A stretch of DNA of 62,887 bases, filler included, from Rhabdomonas costata (taxonomy: Eukaryota): the NCBI GenBank assembly GCA_019059605.1. It is 49 parts of 49 records of this genome, joined end to end, with 100 filler letters (N's around TTAATTAATTAA, not from the genome) between each part and the next. Parts side by side here need not be neighbours in the genome. Positions count along the whole stretch, not along the records: positions 61,702 to 62,887 come from JAHMHO010024539.1; 48 more parts are not named here. One strand, given 5' to 3'. A program made the position numbers and the translations under genes. Each line of letters starts with the position of its first letter. Position 1 is the stretch's first letter. The notes beneath the pieces are model-generated. The model saw nothing but the letters and a program-made list of their open reading frames with translations. It was not told where the DNA came from and ran no database searches. Shown here piece by piece: positions 62,471-62,887 of the stretch.

Positions 62471-62887
62471 TTCCTTTCCCCCTTTCCAAATACCAAAAAG
62501 TATTCGGGATTAATGAACACCGCTCACGGCTGAATAGTAAATGACAAAACTCGATTTAAAAAGGGGCCATCACTATGGAAAAAATGGACAATAATTCACC
62601 ATCTCGCGTGCAAACGCTTCTCAGGTCCTGTTCCCTCCCTATTGTGATTGGTTACCATGAGGCGTTTTGAAAATACTCCACTTCCGCCGACAATGGCGCC
62701 TGGGCCATATTTTAGGCTCGTTTTTCGCCTGTTTTTGGCCTATTTCTGACCCATTTTGCATGGGTTTGCCCCATTTTAGGGCATTTTTCACCAAAAATTC
62801 GACCCCCCTGCCCCCGTATGGTCAATGTTGGATCGGAAACTATGGTGGTAGTATGTCCCTCCCGGCCCTGCACTTTTTCGGGTCCAA

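Noticed and set aside
1-62887. Gene neighbourhood or operon-like system across the window (e.g. IFT172 near BBS7, kinases near cyclase)
   Set aside because: Contigs are ordered by length, so adjacency across linkers carries no biological information.

Overview
This is not a contiguous locus. It is a concatenation of 49 unrelated, size-sorted contigs of about 1.18-1.19 kb, joined by an artificial 100-nt spacer (N44-TTAATTAATTAA-N44). Most contig ends carry G/T-only or C/A-only tails resembling a whole-genome-amplification primer. The source is an intron-rich flagellated eukaryote, most plausibly a euglenid (Euglenozoa); this is inferred from IFT172 and BBS7, a kinetoplastid-type CCCH protein, CRE-clade retroelements, degenerate GT/GC donors, and AG acceptors just upstream of ATGs. 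Spliced gene fragments I can recognise include two SNF2/CHD ATPases, IFT172, BBS7, lysyl-tRNA synthetase, listerin (LTN1), an Eaf1/EP400-type SANT domain, a pepsin-like protease, a fucosyltransferase, SPRY and LRR proteins, two membrane histidine kinases, a TM-HAMP receptor and a class III cyclase. Decayed CRE-clade and Penelope-like retroelements are also present. The best novelty candidates are: (1) a ~180-nt motif shared by two contigs (1298-1477 and 2579-2762), with compensatory base changes, variable hairpin inserts and a possible pseudoknot, one copy upstream of a CRE-like ORF; (2) a histidine kinase family with the H-box SHELNT[N/S]LN; (3) a Penelope-like RT with YRDN in place of YxDD. 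All identifications are by eye from remembered family motifs; no searches were run.
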